Shown here: piece after piece, positions 8,997 through 18,381 of the stretch
Position numbering within the stretch: the stretch's first letter is position 1
Layout: every line of letters begins with the position of its first letter
DNA from: Paraglaciecola sp.
Lineage (GTDB): Bacteria; Pseudomonadota; Gammaproteobacteria; Enterobacterales; Alteromonadaceae
Reading direction: 5' to 3'
Assembly (NCBI GenBank): GCA_009993955.1
Contig: JAACSL010000009.1
Location: 46,369-110,368, forward strand
DNA: 64,000 bases
The notes under the pieces: generated by a model
Told to the model about the DNA's origin: nothing
What the model saw: only the letters and a program-made list of their open reading frames with translations
Database searches by the model: none
Position numbers and translations under genes: made by a program

Positions 8997-10652
8997 TTAT
9001 TTGTCGCGAAGTTCTCTGCGCAGTATCTTACCAACATTAGATTTAGGAAGCTCGTCTCTAAACTCAACTTTTTTCGGTACTTTGTAACCAGTTAAGTGTT
9101 TACGACAATGTTCGATCAACACTTTTTCAGTTAACGATTCGTTGCGTCGTACTACAAACAGTTTCACCATCTCACCTGTCGACTCATGGGGAATGCCCAC
9201 TGCCGCCACTTCAATAACGTCTGTGTGCATGGCCGCCACTTCCTCAATTTCATTGGGGAAAACATTAAAGCCTGAGACCAGAATCATGTCTTTTTTACGA
9301 TCAACAATATAAAAATAACCGTCTTCATCACAGCGCGCGATGTCACCGGTGGCCAACCAACCGTCTACGATCATTTCACTGGTGGCATCGGGACGATTTA
9401 AATAGCCCACCATCACCTGCGGGCCTTTTACCAGCATTTCACCCGCCTCGCCCATGGGTACTTCATTGCCATCTTCGTCAACTAATTTGATATCAGTAGA
9501 CGGTACCGGCATGCCGATGGAGCCCTTATAGGCTTTCAACTGCGGGGGATTCACCGTGACTGTTGGGCAACATTCGGTTAAACCGTAACCTTCTAACAGA
9601 ATTTTACCTGTGGCTTCTTGCCAGCGTTCAGCAACCGGGCGCTGTACGGCCATACCACCACCCAAGGCAAATTTTAAACGACTGAAGTCCAAATCTTTGA
9701 ACCCAGGCGTATTAAGTAAACCGTTAAATAAGGTATTAACGCCGGTGATCACTGTGAATGGGTACTTAGCCATTTCCGCAACAAACCCTGGCATGTCACG
9801 TGGGTTGGTGATCAAAAGATTGGGACAACCAAACTTCACGAAGGTTAAACAATTGCCCTGTAAAGCAAAAATATGATAGAGAGGTAAGGCGGTAACCACT
9901 AGCTCTTTGCCTGCATCGATGACAGTTTCGAGAATAGTGGACGTCTGCTCTAAGTTGGAGACAATATTGCGGTGGCTTAACATGGCGCCCTTTGACACCC
10001 CAGTGGTGCCGCCGGTGTATTGCAAAAATGCCAAATCATCACCCGTCACCACAGGGCGTTGGTAGGCTTGCTTTTTACCCTGTTTGAGCGCTTTGGTGAA
10101 AAGCTCTGCCTTGGGTAAGTTGTAAGCCGGCACCAACTTTTTAACGTTCTTCACTACGTAATTGGTGATCAATTTTTTCACAGGCGACAACATATCGCCC
10201 ACCGATGTGATCAACACTTTTTGCAATGCAGTGTGTTGAATCACTTCAGCTAGGGTACAGGCAAAGTTTTCAATGATGACAATGGCTTTGGCATTAGAAT
10301 CTTTAAGCTGATGTTGCAGTTCACGCGCGGTGTAAAGGGGATTGACGTTAACCACCACCATTCCCGCGCGAAGAATGCCAAAGAGTGCGACGGGGTATTG
10401 AATAAGGTTGGGCATCATCATGGCAACCGCATCACCCTTTTTCAGGCCGCTATTTTGCAGGTATGCAGCAAAACATTTAGATAGAGAGTCCAGTTCGGCA
10501 AACGTAATGCTTTTGCCCATGTTGATGTAGCTGGTGTTATTCGCAAATTTTGCAACACTCTGCTCCAAGATATCGACAATAGAGGCAAATCGTTCTGGAT
10601 TGATGTCTGCCGGTATTCTGGGGTCGTAATTCTTCAACCAAATTTTTTCCAC
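8997..10652 (-). CDS. fadD: Long-chain-fatty-acid--CoA ligase
   Basis: 551 aa. It has the AMP-binding motif [24 protein letters not shown] and the terminal GKILRRELR. Confidence 0.9.
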   Translation of the reverse strand: MEKIWLKNYDPRIPADINPERFASIVDILEQSVAKFANNTSYINMGKSITFAELDSLSKCFAAYLQNSGLKKGDAVAMMMPNLIQYPVALFGILRAGMVVVNVNPLYTARELQHQLKDSNAKAIVIIENFACTLAEVIQHTALQKVLITSVGDMLSPVKKLITNYVVKNVKKLVPAYNLPKAELFTKALKQGKKQAYQRPVVTGDDLAFLQYTGGTTGVSKGAMLSHRNIVSNLEQTSTILETVIDAGKELVVTALPLYHIFALQGNCLTFVKFGCPNLLITNPRDMPGFVAEMAKYPFTVITGVNTLFNGLLNTPGFKDLDFSRLKFALGGGMAVQRPVAERWQEATGKILLEGYGLTECCPTVTVNPPQLKAYKGSIGMPVPSTDIKLVDEDGNEVPMGEAGEMLVKGPQVMVGYLNRPDATSEMIVDGWLATGDIARCDEDGYFYIVDRKKDMILVSGFNVFPNEIEEVAAMHTDVIEVAAVGIPHESTGEMVKLFVVRRNESLTEKVLIEHCRKHLTGYKVPKKVEFRDELPKSNVGKILRRELRDK

Positions 10653-10790
10653 TGTGCCTCCAGGCTTGACTTAGTTTTTTGTTCCCTTCTATACACGCTG
10701 GGAATCACATCATTGACCAACAAAAGAGTAGGTTCAATATACCCAATGCCGCAACAAAGATAAATCAGCAAATAAACAAGTGATTAACAA

Positions 10791-11636
10791 TTATGCAATA
10801 TTTGTCAAAAATGTCGTCAATTTTGTGGCCACTTCTTGAGGATTGTCCATGTGTAGATGGTGATGTCCGGCAATGTGGGCTTTTTCTAAGGTAGTCACCC
10901 AGGTCATTCGGTTTTGCAAACTGGTGCGCATGGATTCAAATCCTTGATCACCAAGAATGACTAACATCGGGCACTGCACAGCACGCATGAAGGCTTCTAC
11001 TTGTTCCTCGGTTATGCGCAGTGAAGAAAACGTGCGTAAACGACGGTCAGTACGGAAATACCATTGGCCGTCTTGTTGATAAAGATTGCGCTCCATTAAG
11101 AGGCGCGCAGCATCTAGACTCATTTCCCCTGCTTTAGCTCGGGCTTCCACTGTGCGTTCGAAACTACTGGGATGCTGAGTAGGGCTGCGAGATGACTTCA
11201 GGCGATTATCAATGGAGTCACGCAATTGTTGAGCACTACTTTGGGCATCTTTACTCATGGGGCCAAACGACTCGATAGATACCAGCTTTTTCACGCGTTC
11301 ATGAAAACAACTGGCGTACAAGGTTGCAATGATGCCCCCCATCGAATGCCCAACTAATAGAATGTCTTGCCATTGTTGCTGTTCAATCAGTTCATGTAAG
11401 TCATACACAAAATCCATCAAATGATAGTGGCTACCATTGGGACGATGGGAGGATAAACCATGCCCAGGCAAATCCAGGGCCAGCACATAATAATCAGTGA
11501 GATAAGGGGCAAGGGGGATAAAACTGGCAGCATTATCTAACCAACCGTGCAGCGCTAAAATCATCGGCTTACTGGGGTCACCCATCGCCAAACCAGCAAT
11601 GTTCATGTGTTGCAGAGTAAATGAAACGTCTTGCAT
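10791..11636 (-). CDS. Alpha/beta-fold hydrolase
   Basis: HGWLDN oxyanion region, GHSMGG nucleophile elbow, and a C-terminal HH..H region. Confidence 0.8.
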   Translation of the reverse strand: MQDVSFTLQHMNIAGLAMGDPSKPMILALHGWLDNAASFIPLAPYLTDYYVLALDLPGHGLSSHRPNGSHYHLMDFVYDLHELIEQQQWQDILLVGHSMGGIIATLYASCFHERVKKLVSIESFGPMSKDAQSSAQQLRDSIDNRLKSSRSPTQHPSSFERTVEARAKAGEMSLDAARLLMERNLYQQDGQWYFRTDRRLRTFSSLRITEEQVEAFMRAVQCPMLVILGDQGFESMRTSLQNRMTWVTTLEKAHIAGHHHLHMDNPQEVATKLTTFLTNIA

Positions 11637-11666
11637 GCCTTTCCCACATCAATAAATAAACAAAAA

Positions 11667-11690
11667 AAAGCGGCAACACTTTGCCGCTAT
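11667..11690 (-). terminator. Rho-independent terminator downstream of the slp-like gene
   Basis: AGCGGCAA-cact-TTGCCGCT, followed on the minus strand by T8. Confidence 0.6.
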
Positions 11691-11735
11691 TTTACAAATT
11701 TGCACAACAACGGCAGCAGTTTGCCGCCATTTAAC

Positions 11736-12332
11736 CTATCGTTCAACTTTTACAGGTTTTGGTTTTGTGCTGCTGCCACTTGGCAGCGGTGCATGATGGC
11801 TGCCACGGATGTAAACACCACGATAATAAGGACGCGGATACCAACCATACCAATAGTCATAAGGCCAAACGTGCACGCTGCTGATATCTACTTCAGAAAC
11901 TTCTTTCCATAAGTAGTAGGCAGAAGACTGCAGCGTGGGGAACATGTATTTGTGTTCGCCAACTAAGCCTTCTTCAATGCCAACAAATTCGCCGGTAAAC
12001 GTCATGCTTCGACCTACTTTGTAGACCATTGGATCCATAAATCCTTGCACGTAAACACGGAAGCGACCGATGCTTTCATCAGCAGATACCGGTCTACCAT
12101 AGCTACGTAAAGGATAATAAACCACTTCCAACAAGGTCGATTCAGCTTTGTTTTCAACTTTGGCAATCACTCCACCCCAGCGCGCTGTTTGCCCTTTGAC
12201 GGTGTCAGCTTGTGATGCGGCTGTCTCGTAACTCACAAGGGCCGTGCCCTCGGGCACCTCAATTTTATCTGGGATAGTGGAACAGCCCACGGCTAACATC
12301 GTTAGTATGATCACGGCGAATTTTTTGTTCAT
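11736..12332 (-). CDS. Slp family outer-membrane lipoprotein
   Basis: Lipobox LAVGCST after MNKKFAVIILTM, and the Slp-type motif ARWGGVI. I chose the start at the internal ATG. Confidence 0.8.
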   Translation of the reverse strand: MNKKFAVIILTMLAVGCSTIPDKIEVPEGTALVSYETAASQADTVKGQTARWGGVIAKVENKAESTLLEVVYYPLRSYGRPVSADESIGRFRVYVQGFMDPMVYKVGRSMTFTGEFVGIEEGLVGEHKYMFPTLQSSAYYLWKEVSEVDISSVHVWPYDYWYGWYPRPYYRGVYIRGSHHAPLPSGSSTKPKPVKVER

Positions 12333-12470
12333 AATTGACCTCGGCAAAGTATTAATGACATACGCTAGCATAATTCTGTGCGTATTTGTCTGAACTCCAA
12401 CTGAATTTTAAACGAGACAAGCACTGATTTGGATTGCTCGCTGTACAAGGTAGGGAAAATACACGCCCAG

Positions 12471-12779
12471 CTAAATAAAAGTATCGACGCCTAACAATTG
12501 TTGAATGTCTTGACGTTGCTGATCTTTCGCCACCGCTTGATAAGCTTCAATGGCCACTTGTTGCTTCAAGCCTGTCGCCAACTTTATGGTATCACCTTGA
12601 CGAAAGGCATCTGCTTGCTGAAATACCTGTTCACTGCCGCTTTTCAGCAATATGGCAGGATTTGTTGCCTCTTCGGCTTTTTTATCAACGGGGGGAGGTG
12701 ACGGGCGCGGATTGTCCTTGCGCGCCACTGGCACATTGATGATGTTAAGTTGTGATACACCAACTGGATCTAACGCCAA
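12471..12779 (-). CDS. Hypothetical protein
   Basis: 102 aa ORF with an apparent non-ATG (TTG) start and no recognisable motif. It is the only long ORF in this gap. Confidence 0.35.
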   Translation of the reverse strand: MALDPVGVSQLNIINVPVARKDNPRPSPPPVDKKAEEATNPAILLKSGSEQVFQQADAFRQGDTIKLATGLKQQVAIEAYQAVAKDQQRQDIQQLLGVDTFI

Positions 12780-12903
12780 GCTAGCCTCTTAATTATCAAG
12801 TTATGGTTACGCACTCTTTGTTTTGCTGTGGTAATAATCCAGCAAACCAAAAGCATGTTTAGCAACTACTGTTCCAGTTTATACTACACCGTGATGACAC
12901 ACT

Positions 12904-13593
12904 TTATTCGCGCCCGGGTAGTTTCTTCCATGTCACAGTGTCACGTAAGTAAACAGGCTCAATGTCCATGACATTTTTGGCCCGCCCCGCTTTGAATTCT
13001 GCCATAGCTAAAGGCAGCATAAATTCGGCGGCAGGGTAGAGAATATCATCAGCAATCTTCAGGCTTTGTTGAGTATTCAAAGCAGCATAGGCCGCCCAAC
13101 CCGTGCCAACCCCTATGGCATCGGCATCATGAGTGATCAATAAATCCGCTTGTTCAGGCGGCAAAATCAACTCTTCGTTGATCAAATGAGCCAAACCGTT
13201 GATAGCCTGATAATGAGCGAAATACACCTCCCCCATCCTTGCATCAATGGCACAAAATACATGGCTTACCTGATGTAATTGTATGGCTTGCTGTGCCATA
13301 GCCGCGAGGGTTGATACCCCAACCACTGGCTTACCAGTGCCAAATGCCAAACCTTGCAGCATTCCGGTAGCGATTCTGACCCCAGTGAAACTGCCGGGTC
13401 CGCGGCCAAAAGCTAAACAATCCAGGTCGTGTAAACTCGCGTGTTGTTGACGCAGAATGTCGTCGACCATGGTGAGCAATACTTGGCTGTGCTGCTGAGG
13501 ACAGATATCAAAACATTGACTCTGCTGTCCTTGCCAATTCAATGCCACTGAGCATGCTTCTGTGGCTGTGTCCAATGCCAAACAATTCATCAC
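12904..13593 (-). CDS. tsaB: tRNA threonylcarbamoyladenosine biosynthesis protein TsaB (YeaZ)
   Basis: LALDTATEACSVAL ... GRGPGSFTGVRI are typical of TsaB. Its start overlaps the yoaA stop by 4 nt. Confidence 0.9.
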   Translation of the reverse strand: MMNCLALDTATEACSVALNWQGQQSQCFDICPQQHSQVLLTMVDDILRQQHASLHDLDCLAFGRGPGSFTGVRIATGMLQGLAFGTGKPVVGVSTLAAMAQQAIQLHQVSHVFCAIDARMGEVYFAHYQAINGLAHLINEELILPPEQADLLITHDADAIGVGTGWAAYAALNTQQSLKIADDILYPAAEFMLPLAMAEFKAGRAKNVMDIEPVYLRDTVTWKKLPGRE

Positions 13594-15518
13594 ATGTCCT
13601 CTTGTTCTGCTAAATTTTCTAAGAATGTTAGCGCTTTGTTTAAATCACGGGTGCGCTGCATGTTGGGCAAACTGCCAATAAAAATTTTGCCGTAGTCTTT
13701 CGTGACTAAACGATTATCACAGATCACCAACACCCCTTTGTCTTGCTCGTCGCGAATTAAACGCCCTGCTCCTTGTTTTAAGGCAATGGCCGCTTGGGGA
13801 ATTTGCAGTTGTGCAAAGGGATTACCGCCACGTTTTCGACAGTCTTCAATCCGCGCCTGCAACAAGGGGTCATCGGGTGAAGCAAAAGGCAGTTTATCAA
13901 TTAACACACAGGTCAGATCATCACCTCGCACATCCACCCCCTCCCAGAACGCTCCTGTGCCCAATAATACCGCGTGTTTATTGGCGATGTATTCGTCGAG
14001 TAAAGCCCGTTTAGTGGTGGAACCTTGCACTAACAAGGGATTGTCAATTTTGTCAGCTAACTGATTGGCAATAGCATTCAGCGTGGCGTGGCTAGTGAAT
14101 AACAAAAAACAGCGGCCACGACTGGCCTTGATTAATTGCACCGCAATAGACAGCAAGGTATCACGCATCGCAGGCGCGTTTGGCTCTGGTAAAAAACGCG
14201 GTACACACAGGATGGCTTGATTTGGGTAATCAAAGGGACTGTCGAGGGACAAAGTCGTTGCATCATGCAAACCCATTTGCTGTTGAAAGTGACTAAAACC
14301 ACCGTCCACCATCAAGGTGGCTGAGGTAAACACCCAACTGCGTTTTGGCTGGGCCACAAACTCAGCGAATTTTAGGGCAATGCTCAAGGGGGTTAAATGC
14401 AAAATAATGTGTCGTTGGGTGGTTTCATACCACAGACTCACGCCAAGCTTGCTGGTATCACACAAACGCTCGAGCTTTGCCTCACTTTCCACACAACGTT
14501 CATAGAGGCTGTCTAAGTCTTTGTCTCGACCAAGGTGTAACTTTAATACCTCGGCCAGCACCTTCAGACTGTCGCTGAGTTTACTGATATGTTGTTGAAT
14601 TTCCTGACGCTGTAAAGTGTGTCGCCAGTTGCCTTTTTGTGGGTTTTCAGGGAAAAACAAACGCAAATCGGCGACAATTAATTTGCACTTATCCGCCACA
14701 CTGCTGAGTTGCTTTGCATCTTTTAACACCGTCCGGTAGACCACGTCGATATCTCGACACATGTCTTGCAGTTGGCGGCTAGAAATGGACTCACCAAAAT
14801 ATTCACTGGCGATATCAGGAATCTGGTGGGCCTCGTCAAACACAACCACATCGGCCTCTGGGATGAGTTCGCCAAAGCCTGTGTCTTTTAAGGCCATGTC
14901 AGCAAAAAATAGGTGATGATTAACCACCACTAAATCTGCATCTAAGGCTTTGCGGCGAGCCTTGACCATGTAGCAATCTTCGTAATCTTTGCAATCCTTG
15001 CCCAAGCAGTTGTCAGCAGTAGACGTAACGAAGGGTAAAACTTTGGCGTCTTCAGCCAAGCTCTTCATTTCCCCCATGTCGCCACTTTTGGTGGTTGACG
15101 CCCATTGACGCACTTCACTCAATTCAGCCAACACCTGAGGGTCAAGTAATACACTATTTCCACCATGCTGTGCCATGCGATGCAGGCACAGGTAATTGGC
15201 TCGGCCTTTCAACAGGGCCACTTTATTATGGCTACCCAATGCTTTTTTGATGATAGGCAAATCTCGATGAAACAACTGTTCTTGGAGATTTTTAGTGCCC
15301 GTGGAAATAATGGTTTTTTTACCAGACTGAAGGGCAGGCACTAAATAGGCAAAGGTTTTGCCTGTCCCCGTGCCAGCTTCAACAATCAAGGGCACTTTGT
15401 CGGCTATGGTTTTTTCAACCGCTAAGGCCATATCCGTTTGCGCCTGCCGTGGCACAAAGCCATCAATGCCTGACGACAATCTGCCTGAAGCAGCAAATAA
15501 CTGGGAAATAACCGACAT
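13590..15518 (-). CDS. yoaA: ATP-dependent DNA helicase, DinG/YoaA family
   Basis: 642 aa. It has Walker A (EAGTGTGKT), DEAH (VFDEAHQ), an Fe-S cysteine cluster region (C..C..C) and C-terminal helicase motifs. yeaZ-yoaA synteny agrees. Confidence 0.9.
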   Translation of the reverse strand: MSVISQLFAASGRLSSGIDGFVPRQAQTDMALAVEKTIADKVPLIVEAGTGTGKTFAYLVPALQSGKKTIISTGTKNLQEQLFHRDLPIIKKALGSHNKVALLKGRANYLCLHRMAQHGGNSVLLDPQVLAELSEVRQWASTTKSGDMGEMKSLAEDAKVLPFVTSTADNCLGKDCKDYEDCYMVKARRKALDADLVVVNHHLFFADMALKDTGFGELIPEADVVVFDEAHQIPDIASEYFGESISSRQLQDMCRDIDVVYRTVLKDAKQLSSVADKCKLIVADLRLFFPENPQKGNWRHTLQRQEIQQHISKLSDSLKVLAEVLKLHLGRDKDLDSLYERCVESEAKLERLCDTSKLGVSLWYETTQRHIILHLTPLSIALKFAEFVAQPKRSWVFTSATLMVDGGFSHFQQQMGLHDATTLSLDSPFDYPNQAILCVPRFLPEPNAPAMRDTLLSIAVQLIKASRGRCFLLFTSHATLNAIANQLADKIDNPLLVQGSTTKRALLDEYIANKHAVLLGTGAFWEGVDVRGDDLTCVLIDKLPFASPDDPLLQARIEDCRKRGGNPFAQLQIPQAAIALKQGAGRLIRDEQDKGVLVICDNRLVTKDYGKIFIGSLPNMQRTRDLNKALTFLENLAEQEDM

Positions 15519-15795
15519 AAACCCTAACTGTGTGATAACAACATTCAGGCGCGATTATGCCAAAGACTGGCCTAAGTAACGAGTAGAAAACAGCTATAAA
15601 TCAATATTTTCCATGATCTGCATACGTATCAGTAAGCAAAATATTGCCGCTGTTTTACCCACTTCAGTTATGTGGTCGCAACCCACCACAGACACATCAT
15701 GCAAATGATCTTCAGTCTCATGCTAAATTTTAGTGGAATACAAAGCATTTTTAGATACCATAAATGAGCAGTAAGCCTTGAGAACATAATTGACT

Positions 15796-16359
15796 ATGCC
15801 AGATTCAGATTTTTTTACTCAACTGACGATTGCCATGAGTAATCCGCATAAGCCGGAACTCGAAAAGCTGAGACAAACGTGCAGTACCACGCTAAAAGCA
15901 ATTCCTAACGCAAATCGTGTTAGCTTGTGGAAATTTGGTGAGGATCAGGCTTATCTGCAGTGTTTATTGTGTTTTGACCAATTGGACAACGTGTATTCAT
16001 CAGATCAAGTGCTGAGGAAGGCGAATTTCCCTGAGTATTTTGCTGGGTTAACCAGCAGCAACTACATCATGGCCTCTCATGCTAGAGAGCACCAAAGCAC
16101 ACGTTGTTTTAACCAAGATTATTTCATTCCTAATCAAATTCATTCCTTATTAGATTATGTCTTGCATCATGACTTTGTGCCAACAGGGGTGATTTGTTGT
16201 GAGAGCGTAGGACGACGAGTGGAATGGCAAGAAGAAGACTTAAACGCCCTGCGCAAAATCGCCACCATCATATCGATGTTTTTTTGCCTGAATAAAGTGG
16301 GGCGTTCTGCTGGGTTGTTAACGGAGAGTGGATTAAAGTTGGCTGCCTATCTTGCCTAA
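15796..16359 (+). CDS. GAF domain-containing protein (stand-alone)
   Basis: ~187 aa. The pattern RVSLWKF...LLDYVL...GVICCESVG...W.EEDLNALRKIA is typical of small GAF proteins. I prefer the ATG at 15796 to the TTG at 15790. Confidence 0.55.
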   Translation: MPDSDFFTQLTIAMSNPHKPELEKLRQTCSTTLKAIPNANRVSLWKFGEDQAYLQCLLCFDQLDNVYSSDQVLRKANFPEYFAGLTSSNYIMASHAREHQSTRCFNQDYFIPNQIHSLLDYVLHHDFVPTGVICCESVGRRVEWQEEDLNALRKIATIISMFFCLNKVGRSAGLLTESGLKLAAYLA

Positions 16360-16407
16360 ATTTGGTTTCGTGGTATTTTCTGCGACAAATTTAATTGGAG
16401 TCTTCTC

Positions 16408-16977
16408 ATGCCTAAAGCCAGTGAAATCAAAAAGAATGCGGCCATCGAGCACGATGGCAAAGTTTATCTAATCAAAGATATCAGTAAACTCACCCCAAGT
16501 GGTCGTGGTGGTTCAAGTTTGTATCGTATGCGTTTGTATGAAGTAGGCACCGGCCTCAAGGCAGATGTAAGCTTCAAAGCAGAAGACATGCTGACCAGTG
16601 TTGATTTTGGGCGCCGTAAAGTGTCATTGTCTTATATTGACGGCAACGAATACTTTTTCATGGACAACGAAGACTATACGTCTTACCCCCTGAACCAAGA
16701 AACCATCGCCGACGAAGCTTTATTTATTACTGAAGACACCAAAGGCCTGCAAATTTTGTTGGTAGAAGGCGAACCAGTCGGTATCGAATTACCTTCAGCG
16801 GTTGATATGTTGATTGTTGAAACCGATCCCTCCATTAAAGGGGCCTCGGCCACCGCCCGCACCAAACCGGCAAAACTTTCCACTGGCTTGACCATTCAAG
16901 TACCAGAATACATTGCCAACGGCGAGCGTATTCGTGTCAACACCGACGAACATAAGTTTATTAGCCGCGCCGATTAA
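16408..16977 (+). CDS. yeiP: Elongation factor P-like protein YeiP (EfpL)
   Basis: 189 aa. [25 protein letters not shown] and an EF-P three-domain length. Confidence 0.9.
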   Translation: MPKASEIKKNAAIEHDGKVYLIKDISKLTPSGRGGSSLYRMRLYEVGTGLKADVSFKAEDMLTSVDFGRRKVSLSYIDGNEYFFMDNEDYTSYPLNQETIADEALFITEDTKGLQILLVEGEPVGIELPSAVDMLIVETDPSIKGASATARTKPAKLSTGLTIQVPEYIANGERIRVNTDEHKFISRAD

Positions 16978-17004
16978 GCCGCCAGTTGCGTTGCAAACGC
17001 TTAC

Positions 17005-17034
17005 AAAGCCCACGATAAAACGTGGGCTTTTTGC
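17005..17034. terminator. Rho-independent terminator after yeiP, shared with the convergent GH13 gene
   Basis: AAGCCCACG-ataaaa-CGTGGGCTT followed by TTTT. Confidence 0.6.
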
Positions 17035-17058
17035 TTGTAAAGTACTAGGTTTACGCCA

Positions 17059-18375
17059 CTATTGGCCCACCAGCACCGTATAACCCCATGCATCCAGTTT
17101 GATTTTACTGCTAGCCCTTATCTCCACGTTCTGCTGAGTAAAATACGCCTGATAAGAACCATGATGCAGGTGGCCGGAGCATTCCACCTCTTGCGCTTGA
17201 GCTGAAAAATTCAGCAGCACAAAGACTTTATTGGTGGCATGTTGCCGCACAAAACTAAACACCTTACTGGGCGCAGAATTGGGTATATGCCGCATCAAGG
17301 CGCCCCACGCGCCATTCGCAAGCGCACTGTTGGTTTTTTTTAGATTGATCAGTTGGCGGTACATATCACGTAGGGGGTGTTCCCGCCACTCAATGGGGTC
17401 GCGTTCAAAAAACGCCAGACGTTTAGGGCTCGCCGCCTCCTGCCCATTGTAAATTAACGGCATACCATCTCCGGTGAATGACAGCACTAAGGCGCAGAGC
17501 AGTCCGTCTGCAAACTGCTCAAACTCGGTGCCATCCCACGCGTTTTTATCGTGATTACTCACAAAGGTTAATTTGATGGCATCGCTGGGATAGGTTTTTT
17601 CATGCCAGGAATAATACTTAAACAGCTTTTCAATACCGAGTTGGCCCATACAAATGCCATGTACACTTTCATTCCATGTCCAGGCATAGGTCAAATCAAA
17701 GGCCTCGTAGTGCAAATCACGGCTCTCCCATTCCGCCAGCATTAATACTGGTTTGATGGTCTCGAGTTGCTGACGTACCCTCACCCAGAAATCCGTGGGC
17801 ACAAATCCGGCCACATCACAGCGAAAACCGTCGATATCACATTCTTCTACCCAGTAACGCATGGCATTGGCCATGTATTCACGTAGCGCCGTATGTGAAA
17901 AATCAAAATCAATAATGTCATCCCAATCCCACCATGGCGTGGGGTGAAAATCGCCCTTGTAATCACGGCTATACCAATGTGGATGGCTTGCCACCAGCAC
18001 ATTGTCCCAGGCACTGTGATTGGCCACCCAGTCATTGATCACGTACATGCCATGCTGATGGATAGCGTGTACCAAGGCTTTAAAATCAGCCAGACTGCCA
18101 AACTCAGGATTCACGTTTAGATAGTCTTTTATCGCATAGGGGCTGCCCAAACTCCCTTTTCGATGTAACTCGCCAATCGGGTGGATGGGCATGAGGTAGA
18201 GTATGTCAACGCCAAGGGCTTTGAGGCGCGGTAATTGCGCCTGCACACCTTTAAAATCGCCCTCTTGACTAAATTGTCGAGTATTCACCTGGTACATCAC
18301 CGCGTTTTTACACCACGGCGGGTGCACTAAACTAACTGGGTTTTTAGGGCTAAGGTCGAGATGTGGCGTTGACAT
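17059..18375 (-). CDS. Alpha-amylase family (GH13) glycoside hydrolase, cytoplasmic
   Basis: GH13 regions DWVANH, GFRCDVAGFVP, LAEWE and FVSNHD are all present. There is no signal peptide. Confidence 0.85.
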   Translation of the reverse strand: MSTPHLDLSPKNPVSLVHPPWCKNAVMYQVNTRQFSQEGDFKGVQAQLPRLKALGVDILYLMPIHPIGELHRKGSLGSPYAIKDYLNVNPEFGSLADFKALVHAIHQHGMYVINDWVANHSAWDNVLVASHPHWYSRDYKGDFHPTPWWDWDDIIDFDFSHTALREYMANAMRYWVEECDIDGFRCDVAGFVPTDFWVRVRQQLETIKPVLMLAEWESRDLHYEAFDLTYAWTWNESVHGICMGQLGIEKLFKYYSWHEKTYPSDAIKLTFVSNHDKNAWDGTEFEQFADGLLCALVLSFTGDGMPLIYNGQEAASPKRLAFFERDPIEWREHPLRDMYRQLINLKKTNSALANGAWGALMRHIPNSAPSKVFSFVRQHATNKVFVLLNFSAQAQEVECSGHLHHGSYQAYFTQQNVEIRASSKIKLDAWGYTVLVGQ

Positions 18376-18381
18376 AGGCTA

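Noticed and set aside
10653-10790. A possible FadR operator upstream of fadD (TGTTGGTCAATGATGTG).
   Set aside because: It matches the remembered FadR consensus (CTGGTCCGACCTG) only weakly, which is not convincing by eye.
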